64,000 nucleotides of DNA from Squalus acanthias (Eukaryota): NCBI GenBank assembly GCA_030390025.1, contig CM059431.1, forward strand, positions 123,816,001-123,880,000, in the 5' to 3' direction. The notes beneath the pieces are model-generated. The model searched no databases, was not told the DNA's origin, and saw only the letters and a list, made by a program, of their open reading frames with translations. The translations under genes and the position numbers were made by a program. Of this stretch, positions 63,498-64,000 are shown piece after piece. How positions within the stretch are numbered: the stretch's first letter is position 1; each line of letters opens with the position of its first letter.

Positions 63498-64000
63498 GGG
63501 GGGAATTTTTTGAAGGGTCAGCGGGCGCGTTCGGTGGAGGGCTGTCAATCCACCACCATGAGACTTTCCCAGATGTCGGGTCTGTCAATGCTGAACTGAC
63601 CTGCCGCACGGCGGCGGGGAAGGCAAATTAGGTCATTATGACCTTGTTTAGAGCCACTTAAAAAGTATTTTGAGCTCACCTTTAAATTTTACGAGGTCAC
63701 CCACGGGATCACCGCTGCTCAGGGAACATTTCAGGTAAGCAGGTCGGATGTTGTGTTACCATGAAATTATCTCTTTACTTGACAGCTGCAAATGTGCTAT
63801 AAAAGCTCCCATCTCACAGCTGTTCACTTTCCAAGCTCAGAAGCTGTTGCTTACTGCATTTGGAAGACAGATTGAGCTTTATGCAGCTTGCAAGTGTTTG
63901 GAGTAAACTCTGTATCCATTGTCACCTCATTGGAACAACCTCTCTCACCATTGACAGATCACTTCTGTCATCTCAACTTCACCTGCCATCTATTACATCA
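63498..64000. mobile_element. Left end of another copy of the 28429-30181 Harbinger family
   Basis: Colinear with 28429-28975; runs off the window. Confidence 0.8.

Overview
Repeat-rich vertebrate DNA, most likely from a cartilaginous fish, judging by its CR1/L2 LINEs, HE1/V-SINE-like SINE, Penelope-like ends and Harbinger families. I found no host protein-coding gene I can support. The main feature is a 12.7-kb, apparently intact and recent endogenous retrovirus-like provirus on the minus strand (13394-26100). It has two 1540-bp LTRs differing at only two positions I could find, and open gag, pol and env frames. Its architecture fits the lokiretroviruses better than the orthoretroviruses: coiled-coil Gag, a dead Ty3/gypsy-type RNase H followed by a second intact one, and an Env with a long F-protein-like fusion subunit. 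Further unusual features are gag-pol joined by an in-frame UGA-CUAG readthrough signal, an Ig-like domain in the Env surface part, overlapping PSAP/PPxY late domains, a TG...AA LTR without a target-site duplication, no TGG-type primer-binding site, and a predicted R region of about 0.85 kb. The provirus sits inside a fossil Harbinger transposase that also carries a solo LTR with a nested Penelope-like insertion. The rest of the window is LINE fragments, many Harbinger-type non-autonomous elements with 3-bp TSDs, and Penelope-like inverted ends, one with a hammerhead-like core. All comparisons were made by eye; no database searches were run.
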